A stretch of DNA of 64,000 nt from Podarcis bocagei (Eukaryota): NCBI GenBank assembly GCA_964188305.1, contig OZ076888.1; one strand, written 5' to 3'. Within the stretch, counting starts at the first letter, position 1. Every line of letters starts with the position of its first letter. Shown piece by piece: positions 49,305 to 62,700 of the stretch. The translations under genes and the position numbers were made by a program. The notes below the pieces were generated by a model. The model was not told the origin of the DNA, searched no databases, and worked only from the letters and a program-made list of their open reading frames with translations.

Positions 49305-50687
49305 GGACTGTGTGTGCATTTGGGAGGGGGGCTGTGCCCAATAAGACCTCTCTTTCTGCCACATGGATACTTCCCCAAATGTCTCCTCTGGTCCTGTCCC
49401 AATAACCCAGTAGTCCCTTCTGTGGGAGGCAATGCCACCATCTGTGCATCAAGAGAGTTTTGGATAGCTAGTACATGCCTCAGAATTGGGATAGGGGATG
49501 GAGAGTGTTTTGGAAACTCACTCTCAGGTGTAGGTGTAGATTTCCCTGTCTGGCTTACCCTCATTAAATATCTAGCCCTGCAGTGAAATAGTTGAGTTCC
49601 TGGTGGGAATTTGCCTCCAAAAGCCTAAGAGGTAGAATACCTATGAAGGCTTTGAGAAGATCAATGTCAGTGGCTGTTCATGCAAAGTGTCCTTTCCACC
49701 AGTGTACCCATCATCAGTTTCTTACATGTGGCTTAAACCCTTCAGGCATAAGAGATTGGGATGCAACCCGATAGTGTATGCCTTGATATGTGACATCAGA
49801 GTTCCCTGGTGCTCTGGCTGGTGTGCCATGATGGACTGCATGGTTTTGTGGCAGCTGTGGTGGTGAGGGAGAAGTTGGGGAAAGTCATCTGGGGCTGTCT
49901 ATTGATTCCAGTTGGAATGTGCTAGTTTATGCCACCACTTTTGCAGGTGTGACATTATAACAACTGTACTTACTCAAGCGATACACTGTTTTTAACCGTG
50001 CTGTTGCGTATTACAGATATATATGGTCTTTTTCACTCTGTATTTTATTGTGTTTTATTGCCAGCCGTGTTAGAAAATACATTTATCTCTCTCCTCTCCC
50101 CTTGCCATGTGTAACAAATAGAAGAAATGAATGAATAACTGCAGAAGGTGTGAATGAGCCCTGAGCAAGTCAAAATTTCCTTCTGAGCTCCACCCTTTCC
50201 TTCTTCACCCACCTTTTGCTCCTGGCACTGGTGTACCTCTGCCAGCATAAGGGTGTGTGTTTGTGTTTTTGTGTGTGTTGGGTATTGCATATTTATACAG
50301 CAAATGGGTAGCCTGTTGCTTCCAGAAGAGTATCCCTGTGCTGTCATTGTCTTGGGTTCTGCTGGCGCAAGGAATTTTTAGAAGTGCTCCTATGCTGCCC
50401 ATTGGGTGTAATTTGAGGAAAAGATTATCTGTTAATCATCTTTAAGATGAATAATTAGGAAGAGCAGCACTCATATAGCTGAGCCTATGTATTTATAATT
50501 TAATATGTTGCTTTTCTTCCGCTTCTGTAATTAAGCTCTAAATGGCAACATTTGCTATATGGAGATGTTAACATTTGTTTCAAGGTACGAAATCTGGCTT
50601 TCGGGTATAAATCTCAGATAGGTCAGAGGATTTGTCTGGTATCCTCCCCAGCTTATTGACTGTGACATAGGGGCAAAACAAGGTGTA

Positions 50688-50929
50688 CAGTGGTACCTCG
50701 GATTGAGTACTTAATTCGTTCCATAGGTCCATTCTTAACCTGAAACTGTTCTTAACCTGAAGCACCACTTTAGCTAATGGGGCCTTCTGCTGCTGCTGCG
50801 CTGCCGGAGCCCGATTTCTGTTCTTATCCTGAAGCAAAGTTCTTAACCTGAAGCACTATTTCTGGGTTAGTGGAGTGTGTAACCTGAAGCGTATGTAACC
50901 TGAAGCGTATGTAACCCGAGGAACCACTG
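50688..50929. mobile_element. Tc1/mariner (Tigger-like) MITE
   Basis: TIR CAGTGGTACCTCGG / CCGAGGAACCACTG with a TA TSD and internal reiterated TAACCTGAAGC motifs. Confidence 0.9.
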
Positions 50930-52285
50930 TACCATGCCTGAGATGTCAGTAGGGCAAGGCATGCACTGATAGATGAATGAGTGCAATGGTGCAAATTCAG
51001 TGTTTGAACAAGGAAATTGCTACAGGGGTGAACCTATGGTGAACTGACACAAACAATATGCACTGCCACACAATCCTTATCCCCAGGAATGATCAGGAGG
51101 GATTTTGTGGAGGCTTTTGCTGTGGGAAGCAGTCCGATACATATTTCCCAGGTCTGCCCAATGTGGAAATGGAGGAGTCCTTCACAGTTTGGGTGAAAAT
51201 GGTCTATAAACAGGACTTAAGAGAACTGAAATGAAAAGCAGACATATTTCTCAGTGCCCTAAAGCCTTCTACTTCTTGAGATCTAGGGCTGCCATATTTC
51301 AAAAAGTGAAAATCTGGACATACAAGTTGTTGAGCTATTAGTTCACTGACAGGGCTGCCTGGATGTTGCTTACCATGTTCAATTGGCACATGACTGCTGC
51401 CTTTGCTGGGATCGCTTTCCCCAAATGTTATTGGGCCTAGATGCTGTCATGGTTGCCAAATTCTGTAAAAATGCTAGCAATCTTAGCATTGCAAAAGCCA
51501 TAGAAGCATTCCTGCCAATGACTAACTTGCATGATAAGGTTATCAGAGGCTGCTAGCCACAGTGGCTATGCTCTACCACCACTGTTGCAGGCAGTACACC
51601 TCTGTGTACCACTTGCTGGGAACCACAATTGAGGAGAGTACCCTTATGGGGTTCCTGTGGTTCAGGGATCATATATAACATAGGACCTGCTCATTTATGC
51701 TAATTCATTTAGCATTGATGACATTTCTGTTTTCTTGCTGCCTGTTGACTTCAGGGCTCTGGATCCAGGTTTGAATACATTGCCCTGTTTTACAGTTAAA
51801 TGTCTTTCTAAATACAAAGAGAGAGAGAGAGAGAGGGAGAGAGATCCTACCAAATACCATCTCAAATGAAATCCCAAATTGTGTATGAAATGTACCCATT
51901 GGCTCACGCTCTTCCTGCAAACATCTGTTGTGTTGCCCATCTAGTGCACAGCCGCAGGTATGATTTTAGTTCAACAAGCATCTTAATTTCCCTTGTGATA
52001 AGCAAATTAATTTTGTTGCAACTCTTTAATGTTTATTTTTATGGAGAGATGAAATGTTGCTGAACCTTTTCTCTCAGCAAAATAGGGTCCAAGCCAAGTG
52101 ATTAATGTGGCACAGAGATTGGTCCTGGGCAGGCAGTTTCTCGTAGGCCTGCCTTTTGGATGACCTTCCATTCTGCAACTGTGTGTGTGTGTGTGTATCC
52201 CATATAGAAAGGGTAGCCAAGGGAAACAGCAGCTGCTCACTCTCATGACCTCAGCATCCCATATATCTCATCATCATTAGTTGTG

Positions 52286-52718
52286 TGTAATGGTTCTAGG
52301 GGTTGCTCGTGCGTAAATCGTCGCCACACCTGGCTGGGTTGCCTGAGTGAACCTTTTCTGTCTGGACAGCCACCCGCCCGTGGCTGTCTCAATCACTGGC
52401 AGAATCCATCAGTGGGCGTTTCTTGAACTTCTTCCAGCAAAGAAGTTCTTTGACGCCTAGTCTCCGCCTAGTCTCCCTGCACGGAAGCCTTCTGCACAGG
52501 GAGGGTGTGGGCAGTGGAGGACCCGTGCTCTCCCCGCCAGTCCCCGGCGAAGAGTCATGGAGCCTCCTCGCCGATTCCCCCATCTGCCCCCCTTCTCCAC
52601 TGGTGCTATGCTGATTTCCTTCCCCAGAAGATGTGCTGCTTCTCTCCCTCCCGGGACGCTCTCCGGAACCCTCTGGAGCCCTCTCTCTCCCTCTGGCTCC
52701 GATGGCAGTTCCCTGACA
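52286..52718. mobile_element. Solo LTR (433 bp) of an LTR retrotransposon, probably Gypsy-type
   Basis: TG...CA termini (TGTAATGG...CCCTGACA), 5-bp TSD TTGTG (52281-52285, 52719-52723), and higher GC/CpG than the flanks. Confidence 0.85.
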
Positions 52719-55700
52719 TTGTGAAATGAAGGTGAAGTGTCATGTATGTTAGGGCAAGCTGTGAAATGAAGCTAATGAAGCCCTCTGGCCAAAACCTGGG
52801 ACAGTCTCTAGTGTATTAGAACTAATAAAAGTACCCATTCAGCAATTCCCAGCATATCTCCAGACCACCAGAGAAAATAAATTAAATGGCCTTTTATACT
52901 GCTTCTTGTTAGCGGTTTTGTGAAGGCTACAGCAACCCAGACCTCAGTGGTGTTGTCCAAGGCCCCACTCAGCACAATGAGCTGGAGGGCCCCCAAAATC
53001 AGCATTTTGAAGTGAGTGAAGTAATACACATTGCTATCGAAAGTGGTGGTAAGGAGAGACCCATAAGACTGTTAAGTACAGTGTCTAATAACTCCACCAC
53101 AGACAGGCCTTAGATTCCTGATTGGTTAAGAAAGTGTTGTCATGGCTCTTGCACTCAGCATGCCCTATCACTGCTCTTGCATTTCTGGAAGTCCCTTTCC
53201 TATGATGGGGCACCTACGAGTCTCCAATTTATTTAGTCTTCCCTGCTTGTTACTTTGCCCCACAATCCTCTTTTACAAGACACTCCAAACCTGTGGATCT
53301 CTGCTGGAGCCATGCATCAAATATTTTTTTGTTAGACGCCCTTCCTGGCTCTCTCCCTCTTTCCTTACCTCTAAATCATTTTGGAAGAGGGGCAGGACTA
53401 GTCAGGACCCATGTGGGAAGCACAAGTCAATATTACCTAGAAAACACATCGGACTTGGCTCACCCCCCCACATGAAGGCTTTGATGACCTTTGGCCACCC
53501 CATCATAGTCTGAGTCTTCTTTGATCTGGATCTCTCACTGAAAGACAGCAGCTCCCCTCACAGGAGGCAGAGTTGAATTAACCTAGCTGTTCTTGATTGT
53601 AAGGGACTCCCTATCATCCAGCGAAACAACACATAACAGTCTCAACCCTCGAATGTGCCACTTTAGGTCACTGTAACCCCCCCACCCAGTCCAACATCAT
53701 GGAATTTCTTCTTCCTCAATACGTATGGACATTTGGAGCTTCTGGCAAGGTGCCACTGTGGAGCTGGCCTTCTGATGGCACCGTTCCTACCACACATTTG
53801 GGCAGAGTAGGAATCGTTCAGGGTGGCAGCCAGATCTGCTGCTCTTGTGCACATCCCCTTCAAAAACTGACCACCACCCTTCTCTGGTTAACAGTAGTGA
53901 CCTCTCCCAGGAGGCCAGCACTGTGGTACCACCCCTTCCCATCAGCTGCTCCTGGCCATGTACGCACATTTCATCTCACCCTTCCTCCAGCTGTATGAAC
54001 TGGTTTTAAGATGCTCAGTAAGGTATAGCCACATCAATCAGTGTAAAGATGGATTTCATTTCTTACGGTGTACTCCTCCACTTATATAATACCACTGCCT
54101 TCATTGGTCAAATGGGTTTATATATTACCCCTTCCTTCACTGTAAAGATCTGCAGAACTTGTGCACAGAGATGATAGAGAAAACAGTGTGTTCAGCATTG
54201 GCACCAGTGCATAGACTTTCTAAAAACTCTACTGCCTTTCTCCCATCATTAAATGATAACCAGTAGAAGTGAATAGATCCTTCCTCACTCTGCACCCGTC
54301 CACAAAATATAATATCCTTCCCTCTGAAGTGTGACAGATAAATGATCAGCCTGCTGAAACTTCAGCTCCCAGAGGCCATTATACTAAATAAGTTCACAAT
54401 TAAAACTACCAAAGAATAAATTTGCTTTTACCTGGAGAGACAAGTGGTTTGAAATCTTAAAATAAAAATCAGACTATATTATCTACCAGTGTTACTGGTG
54501 CCTGGGGGGAAACTTTCATTTTTATGAGCAATTCCGCTGCTGCTTCAGAATTTTTGTCCAGAAAAAAATATGTGGAACACTATTTCAACTTTCAGAGTTT
54601 CATCTCTTTTGAAATCTGTTTTGAAATCACTCCCAGTTTAACTCTTATTAAATTGAACTAGGTCTCTTGAAAGCCAGTAATCTGATAGGTTTTACTAGCA
54701 TGAAGATTTTCATTTCAGAAAAGAATGTCAAGAATAAAAAGGGTATACACATCTCCTTTTAAAGTGTATTGCTGCTTATCTTACATATTATGGAGATCAT
54801 ATCAGGTGTGAGAAGCTGTGATGAACTGCAGAGGAAGCAACAGATTCCCTCTCCTGCTTTAGCTGGCACACACTGGTAGTTATGCGCAAAGACTCAAACA
54901 AATGCAAAGAGATTGCACCTCCAAATGTGAATGTGAGGAACTGTGCAGTGCTAGAGGCTTGGTCCTGATGTTGCTTCCCTGGAACTTGATCTTGGCACGC
55001 CAGAAATGGATGTTGTTGAGATGCCAGGAATGTGCAGTGTGTCTAAGCCGCAGTGGCTGCTATGTAAGTAATGTGGAAGAGTCAAGTCAGGTGGGAAGCA
55101 GAGTAGAGAAGAGGCTGGGAATCTGAGTGGAGAGTATTGAGAAAGCAACAAGGTAAGTTTTGTTTCTTGGGGAGACAGGAGGTATTTCAGCTGGAAGGCT
55201 GACCTCTGAGATGACTCAGCAAGGTTGAGGGTGGGTAGAAGTTATGCTGTTTGGGGATTGCAGAGATCCTAAATAGGCTCTGTTGGATCGTCTTGGAAAG
55301 GGATATTTTTCTACAGTGAAGTTCCACACTTATTACTGAGGCTGCAATCCTAGGTAGGCTTCCTAGGTGGAAGCCCAACTGAGCTCATGATCTTTCTTTT
55401 TCTGAGAAAACGCATAGGTGTTTGGGCTGCGTCTGGGGTATTTTATTTTACCTCCAGGTCAACTGAGTTCTCAAGTTGAGGATGCCTAGCTATGGGCATC
55501 CAGGCTGCTGCCATGTTAGGTGGCAACTTTCTCTTCCCTTTCCTCAACTCAGTGAAAATGAACTTGTCAACCATGTATTTCAGTCTTTGCAGCCAATGGC
55601 TGTCTCTTGAGAATGGCTCTGGGAAAAACTTGTTTAGGTAAACACCATTATTAGGGAACAAAGATTCTGCTACACTCATTAAGTGCTGTGTCTAAAATCT

Positions 55701-56489
55701 GGGGAACCAGATGGAGTACTGGGCACTCTGTACATGCTCAAAGGTTGCAATCTGGTTGCAGGAAGCTATAACTGGATGTAAGCCAAGCTAATCAGGCCTT
55801 CTCTAGTGTTCTAAACTGGAAATCTATTTTTTTCTCTTCACTCTTTCTGCTTTATATACCCCCTTGTCACTCTTGGCTGGAGAACTGAGGCCTAGTGTCC
55901 TCCGTGGCTTTGAAAAATCATGTCCAAACTTTACTTGGTGTGGATATAAATGGAGCAGCACAGAAAAGTGTTCTGCTCAAGGGGTTTGGGGAGTTCTGTT
56001 GCTTGACTGGAGAAGGGAGGCAGTGGCTGGCTCTGGGGAACCTCAGGCAATCTATATGGATCACATAAAATCAAGCTTCTCATTATGTTGTAACAAATTG
56101 CTAATTCCACTGAACGATGAGGTTAACGAGGCTCCTGTCAATAACAGCAGTTCAGCAAACAGGAGCTCAATATTCTGAGCAAATCCACTTTAATCAGCAT
56201 TTTAAGTGGGAGGGGGAAAAAGAGAAATAAACTGAGTTTAAAAGGAAAAGTCCTTCTCCTCTTATATTAGCTCTGCACTGTCAGTAAAACTTAACAAGGA
56301 AAAGGCATCACAACATTCAGAGGTTATTACATAGCTCCCTGCCTGGAAGACTACTAAAGCCAGTGGGAAATGTTCCAATCTTTGTATTTGCATTTGGTGA
56401 TGATAATAATGATGATAGGAAATAAATTATTATACATTTGATTGGGGTACCAGCTGTAGACTTGAAAGGGGATCATAGGGTTTTGCTGG

Positions 56490-56652
56490 GGGGGGGCTAC
56501 AGAGCAGAAGGTCTAGGTTTAATCTCAAAAATATCCAGGTAGTGTTGGAAATATATCTTGCCTGAAATGCTGGACAGCTTCTGTCAGTTAGTGCAGGCAT
56601 TCTGTGCATACTGGGCTAGATGGACCAATGGTCTATCTCTAGCTTCCTATGC
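56490..56652 (+). mobile_element. Degenerate tRNA-derived SINE
   Basis: gcagaaggtctaggtttaatc...gctagatggaccaatggtct...gcttcctatg. Related to ~15610-15698 and ~22560-22710. Confidence 0.6.
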
Positions 56653-56952
56653 AGGTAATTTTTCTTCTAGCTATGCCCTTGAAGAAGGCAGGAGTTAGTT
56701 ACCTTCAGTTTTACTAGGTTAAAGTTTAAAAGCATGTCACTTAGCAAATCTTGCAGGTATGTTTCAAGGGCTACAGCCTACACTGATGAAAATGTATACT
56801 CTCCCACTTTTACAGGAGGCATGTATTAAGAATTATGTATATAGAAACTTGGTCAGCTGCTAATTTTACAGGTGCTCCACACATTTTCCAGAGCGGACTG
56901 CCTTCAAGCCATCTGGCTCAGCAATCACTCCCTTCATACACATATAGATATA

Positions 56953-57130
56953 AACCTAGGAGGATGCTTTCTAGTCAGTCAGATCATTGGTCCATCTAGC
57001 TCAGTATTGTCTATGGCAACTAGCAGTGGTTCTCCAAGGTTTCAGGCAGGGCTCTTTCAAAGCCCCATCTGGGAATTGGGAATCAAACCATTTTCATGTA
57101 TAGCGTGTACTCTACCACCGAGCTTCAGCC
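56953..57130 (-). mobile_element. Degenerate tRNA-derived SINE, inverted relative to 56490-56652
   Basis: The minus strand has a ggctgaagctcggtggtagagtac head and gacaatactgagctagatggaccaatgatctgact body. Confidence 0.65.
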
Positions 57131-58426
57131 TTTCATTTTTGCTTCTGCATTGGCATTTGATTGCCCCCCCCCCCGGCTGATTCTTCAAGTGGGCCAGGAG
57201 CCTCTACTTGCTGACCCCTACCATTGGACTGTTACGTAACAAGCGGCTCTCATCCATAGTGTCCTCTTCCAGGAACATTGTTAGAGACCTGCCAAGAGTG
57301 ACTAGAATGGATAGTCCTTTATTATCCCCAAGCTCTTCATTTACCCAGCTGAGTTATGTTCTTGGGGAGGGAGAAGTTGGGACTAAATCATCCCATTTCA
57401 CAAGGATTGATTTGAGAAAATGAGAATGCCCAGATGCACTCAATTAGGTGTGCTAAATCATTACCCATTAGAAAAAAGTTGGTCATGCCTCCTTTAGTTT
57501 CCTTCCATACCTTGTAATTCATGTGAAAATTAAATCCAGGAATAAATTGCAACAATCAGCTCTCAAATGCAGCCAGGTTGCTGGTCATTTTCAGGGTAGA
57601 GGCATAATTCACCTCTGGCTAAGAAAAGATGTAGTCTTCCGTGACCACTTTTTCCTGATGCTATTGAGCACGTATTAAACTGGGCTCTAGTTAGGTATGA
57701 CAGTTGAACCAGCTCTCTGTGTGCGCTTTCAGAGACCAAACAAGGTTTGTACAAACTACTATCACAAATGGGAGTGGAGAAGGCTGTAAAAGTAGTGTGT
57801 GCCCCAGATAGCAGCATTTGAGAGTGCAATCATGCAAGGAACTCTCCATGGTATCTGGAGGAGGACCCATTATAAGAAAATGTTAACTTGTCAATTACAT
57901 ATGCACAGAGTTCTTCACTGACCTGGAAAGGGAACCACATATGCTAGCCAGGGACACAAGTTCTTTCCCTAATATCTTATGTCCTTTGCATAACGTTAGC
58001 CTCCTGCTAAGTGAACCGATGTCCTGAACAGCCATTATAACAAAATGAACAGCTCTTGTTTCGTGTTCCTCTTCCACTTTGATAAAAAAAAGGATTGTGT
58101 CAGCCTGTGGTGAGCAATTCATTCAGCACTTAATGTTGCTGATAAAAAATAGTGGGACTCAGTGGGACATAGCTCATCTGGCACATGTTGTGGTGGCACA
58201 GTTTGCATAAATGTAGTTTGAACATAGTAGGCACTAGGCAAAGCTACATGACAAAAATGCCCCTCAAATAAACATTTGGGGGCAATTTCCAGTGAGGCAT
58301 AAAAGCTGTCAATCCAGTGTCACTTATCAGGATGTAGATCTCATTGAAATGAGTGGGATTTATATCCAAGTAAACATGCTTAGGATTGAGATGAAAGAAT
58401 ATGGGGAAGCTGAGGACAGGCAAAAT

Positions 58427-58564
58427 CAGGAGTGGAAATCTCTGGTTGTTGAGATGTTCTTGGACTCCAACTCCCATCAGCCTCAGCCAGCATGACCAAC
58501 ACTCAGGGAAGATGGGAGATGGAGTCCAACAACATCTGGGGGCACCACAGGTTCCGCATCCCTG
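58427..58564. mobile_element. Older palindromic hAT MITE
   Basis: Arms agatgttcttggactccaactcccatc / gatgggagatggagtccaacaacatct and CAGG...CCTG ends. Further degenerate copies at ~22150-22280, ~33360-33495 and ~62580-62657. Confidence 0.7.
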
Positions 58565-59488
58565 GTCCTAAAGCATTGAGATAGCTAAATTGCAGGGACA
58601 AGGAACTAGGGCATTGACCATGCTGGCAGGTGCTGGTGGGAGTTAGAGCTCAACAATATTTGGTAGGCCAAATAGCAGAATGCTCTAAATGGCTGAATTT
58701 TAGAACTGGAAACTTGCAGAGGCCATATATGATCACAGATGAAACTCTTTCATATCACCTAACACAATATCAAACACAATATGTGCAAGACATGTAGGTC
58801 ATGCCTTCAGCTCTGAGTTATCAAGTGATGTACTTGCATGTGTAAATCCTCTCTGATGTCCAGATCCTGACATCTGAAACAATCCTGGGTCTCATTCTGC
58901 TGTTTTCTGAGAGCTGGCATGCTCAGCACTACCTCTGGTTTCTTAGGGTTGCAAACATCATTTAAAAATAAACACAGAGTGTCCTTGCTCATTCCTATGA
59001 GCTGCTGCACTGACACAATGGGGGGCAACAGAAATTGGCATTGCTTGTCCACTGAGCACCATGCATGTTCAGTCACATGGGAAGCCAGTCATTTGTAGCA
59101 TCCAACCATGCCATGAAGTTATTTTTAGCACATCTCTGCTTCCCTGGATTTCTGATTAGTTGCAGAGAGTTGGTAAAAACACCTCACTGCGTGATCAGAA
59201 GCTTCAGAGAATATACAGGAAATATGAGTTGTCTATTGTTTTCATTATGCCTACCTTCTGCCCACATGCCTGTGTGTACATCACAGAAAGTTTACCACCG
59301 GCAACTATAGGAGAAACGGTCATAGACAAGCCACTGACTCAAATGATAAGTGAAGAAGACCCTAGTTTTGATACTTTTTTGCACTGTGCACTGCAGTGGC
59401 ACCTAAACCCCAGTGTGGAGCTGTGTTTTTTGGTGGGGAAATACCCAATTTGTTGCTCCAACTAAAAGTCTCTTTTCTGGCACATATC

Positions 59489-59534
59489 TTATTGATGGGC
59501 ATGAAATATTGTTATTGATGGGCATGAAATATTG
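59489..59534. repeat. Perfect 23-bp tandem duplication
   Basis: ttattgatgggcatgaaatattg occurs twice in tandem. Confidence 0.95.
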
Positions 59535-59618
59535 TGTAGGGCTGGAGGATGGCAGCTAGCTGTTTAGGCCCAAGGGCCACATTCACCAATAGCCAACCCT
59601 TGAGGGGCCGCACATGAG

Positions 59619-59695
59619 AGTGTGTGTGTGTGTGTGTGTGAAAGTGGCCACTCTACATATTCTCTGTCTGTCTGTCTCACTCACTCACTCGCACG

Positions 59696-59735
<40 letters not shown>
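59619..59735. repeat. Compound microsatellite (GT)n ... (CG)n(CA)n
   Basis: Read directly from the sequence. Confidence 0.92.
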
Positions 59736-59739
<4 letters not shown>

Positions 59740-62700
59740 CAGGCACATAGCTCTTCCTCCTCAGTTGATCTGATGATCTCTGTTCATCAACTGATCACTC
59801 AGATGATTAGGGAGGGGGTGATTTTCATCCCCTTCAAGATATAGGCCTCCACTCACCCCAGAATTTTGACTATTTTTATTTTTGCAGCAACCACCAAAAT
59901 TGGTGGGTTCTAGGGAGTGGATAGTTTTGCTTGGTGGACTGAATCAGATCCCCAAACTGGGGGTTGACCTGGTGTAGAGGATATTTTGGTAGTGGTGGGG
60001 AAATCACCATTCAGTACTAATCCTGACCTGAACCTCTGAATTCCCAGCCCCAGTTCTTCATTAAAGCAAGGACCCCCAATGATATATTGATTTATTTTGA
60101 GATCACTGTTTGGAGGAAGCCAGTGGTATCAGTGATTTAACCAAATGAGATATATCTTTACAAACTGAGGCACGTGGCAACATTTAATGGAGACATTAAT
60201 TTTTCCCTTTTTTCCCCTATTTGAAAATTTAACAAAAAGAAAGGAAAATACTAATATAAGCACGTCCCCTCCCCTAGCTTGCCTGTGTCCACTTACTTTA
60301 TTTAATCATTTCATCTTGCGCATATTTGGAAGCCTAACTGGCCATTCTTCTCCCCCCCTCCCAAATCCACAGGGGCAATTTGATGTGATTTGCCATAATA
60401 TATAATGATTCCCGGCACATTGTGACTCATGGCTGTTCCCACAGAGAAGAGCCCCAGAAACCTTTTAAAAATGCCTATTCAAAAGAAAATGCAGCAATCT
60501 TTCAGCTGTTTATTGAGTCAGCAATAGGCAAATCCAAAACGGGTTGCGCCTCTGGGAACTAAAGCATATAACAAAAAGCAAACACCACCCACTGTTTTCT
60601 ATTTGTACAAGCCTGAAGCATGGCTGGTGGAGGGAGGCAGGGGCTGGGGGTCTCTCCAGCAAAACCCGGCTCTGCTGAATGGTAACAGGTGCTTAGCTGA
60701 ATCAGTTGGCACTTGTAAAAATTGGTTCACAAATAATTTGAAAGTCATTATGGAAGACTTAAGACACAATGTGGGACTTTACTGCATTGTCCTTAAACAA
60801 GTACCGGAATCATGCTCATTATTGTTGGTCCAGCCTTCGTTAAGATATATGTTGACTTTCTATTTTCGCAATAACAAATAAGAAAATACCCTGGGAAGAG
60901 GGGCTGGTTGTTAAACCACTCTGAGAAATGTAGATCTGTGAGGGGAACAGAGGCCTTCTAACAACCCACAGCACCCTAAGCAAACTACAGCTCCCATAAT
61001 TCTTTGTGGGAAGCCATGGCTGTTTAATGTGGTCTCATAGTGCTTCAAATGTATGGTGGGAATGTGGTCTCAGATGGATAGAAAGGAATTTTAAACTGTG
61101 CTAAGATGTCTACCTCATCCTTCTCTTCTGAATCTATTAAAACTAGCCACAGTTGGGACTTCAGTGCCTTCATCTTTGATAATCAGATGGGAAATGCTTG
61201 CCACAAAGTTGCCGAGAAAAATTTGGTAGAGGGCATGGCTGGCTTTTTGATACGTGGTTACTTGTTGTTATAATTAAGCACTCCCTGGATGCCAGGAAGA
61301 GGCAACTACAACAAGAGCACAAACCTTCCTAGATTTAAACTGATTTTATTCCCATAGAAATAAATTGCTTGCCAGTTTTTGGTGGAACGTTTCAGTTTTC
61401 CTAACGGCAGGCTCCCCCTGGTGGCCAAAGAGGACAGCCAACAGTTTTCCAGTTTGGATCTCAGCACCAGGTTTGATCCTGGTCGTGAAATGCTTGGAAG
61501 AGATCTCCTGGGATATACCAGAGATCCAAGGGGACAAGCTGCTTAGCAGACAAGCTATGTCAATTGAAGCCCCCTTAAGTGCTACTGTTGTGTCTTGCAC
61601 TAAATGGTCTTCAGAAGGGTTATTAGAAAGGGGAAACAGCTGACAACCCACTCTCTCCATTGTGTGGGCTAGCATTTACCCACTCAACCTAATATTTCCA
61701 GTATTACCAGTTAGTGGGCAGGTAACTCATCTGACAGGCTTATTACTTATCCCTGTGTCAAGGGATTCCCCCCCCCCCCAAAATCAAGTGCTGAAGACTA
61801 AAGTTGCTGCAAAGTTTGAGCAAAGCTGGCACTTCATCAAAGATCTTAGCTGTTCTTGTACAGTGGAACTTTCATGTCTTTAACCTACCAAGAAGCACAT
61901 AAATTACTTCATTGGACTTATCTTCTATATGGGAAGGTGTACAGCACACAGAGTGAAATTAAAAACGAAAAGTGACCCACTTAGAGCCACAATTCAACAG
62001 TGCTAAACATTCTGGCACTTATGGACTGAATTCCCAGCCCCACTTATGGATTTAAGCAGGCGGTTCTGCCTTGGATTTTGGCTTAAGCATTTATTGTGCG
62101 CCATTTGGATGCAAACGTAAGTCTTGGAAGTTTTAATTTATTCATTTCATTTAACTTATTTAAAATACCACCCCCCACTTCAGCAAAAAAGGCCACCTCG
62201 GCTGGTTTACAAATGTCACTGATAAGACATACCTCAAGCATACCTTCTAAAAGACATGACTCAAAAGGACAAGGTTTAAGGAGGGAGGAAAAACAAACAA
62301 ACTCAGGCATTCTTTGTCCCAGCCTTCCCCTTCAGAGGAAGTGCTCAAACTCTAAGCTGTTGTTCCGAGAACCTCTAGACTAGAGCATGCCACACCAGGT
62401 GCACAAAGTGCCATCCTCATATAGTATCACCTTCTTGGCTCACATGCACACGACACAGTATAAGCAGTGGAGCTATCAAGCCATGAAATGTCCTACTAGA
62501 CATTTGAAACCATCCACCTTTCCCGCAAGGGTTGTTAACCTGGTGTGCTCTGAAGCTGTTGAACTCCAACTCAAGTGGCCCTAGCCAGCATGGCCAATGT
62601 TCAGAGGTGATGATGAGAGATATAACACTCATTAGATCCAGGGGTTCCCTATCCCTGCTATAGTGCTTACATTTCCCCCTCTGTGTGGGGAACCCACCCC

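Noticed and set aside
50730-50915. CRISPR-like or iteron-like array of TAACCTGAAGC repeats
   Set aside because: Spacing is irregular, the repeats are internal to a TA-flanked Tigger-like MITE, and the context is eukaryotic with no cas genes.
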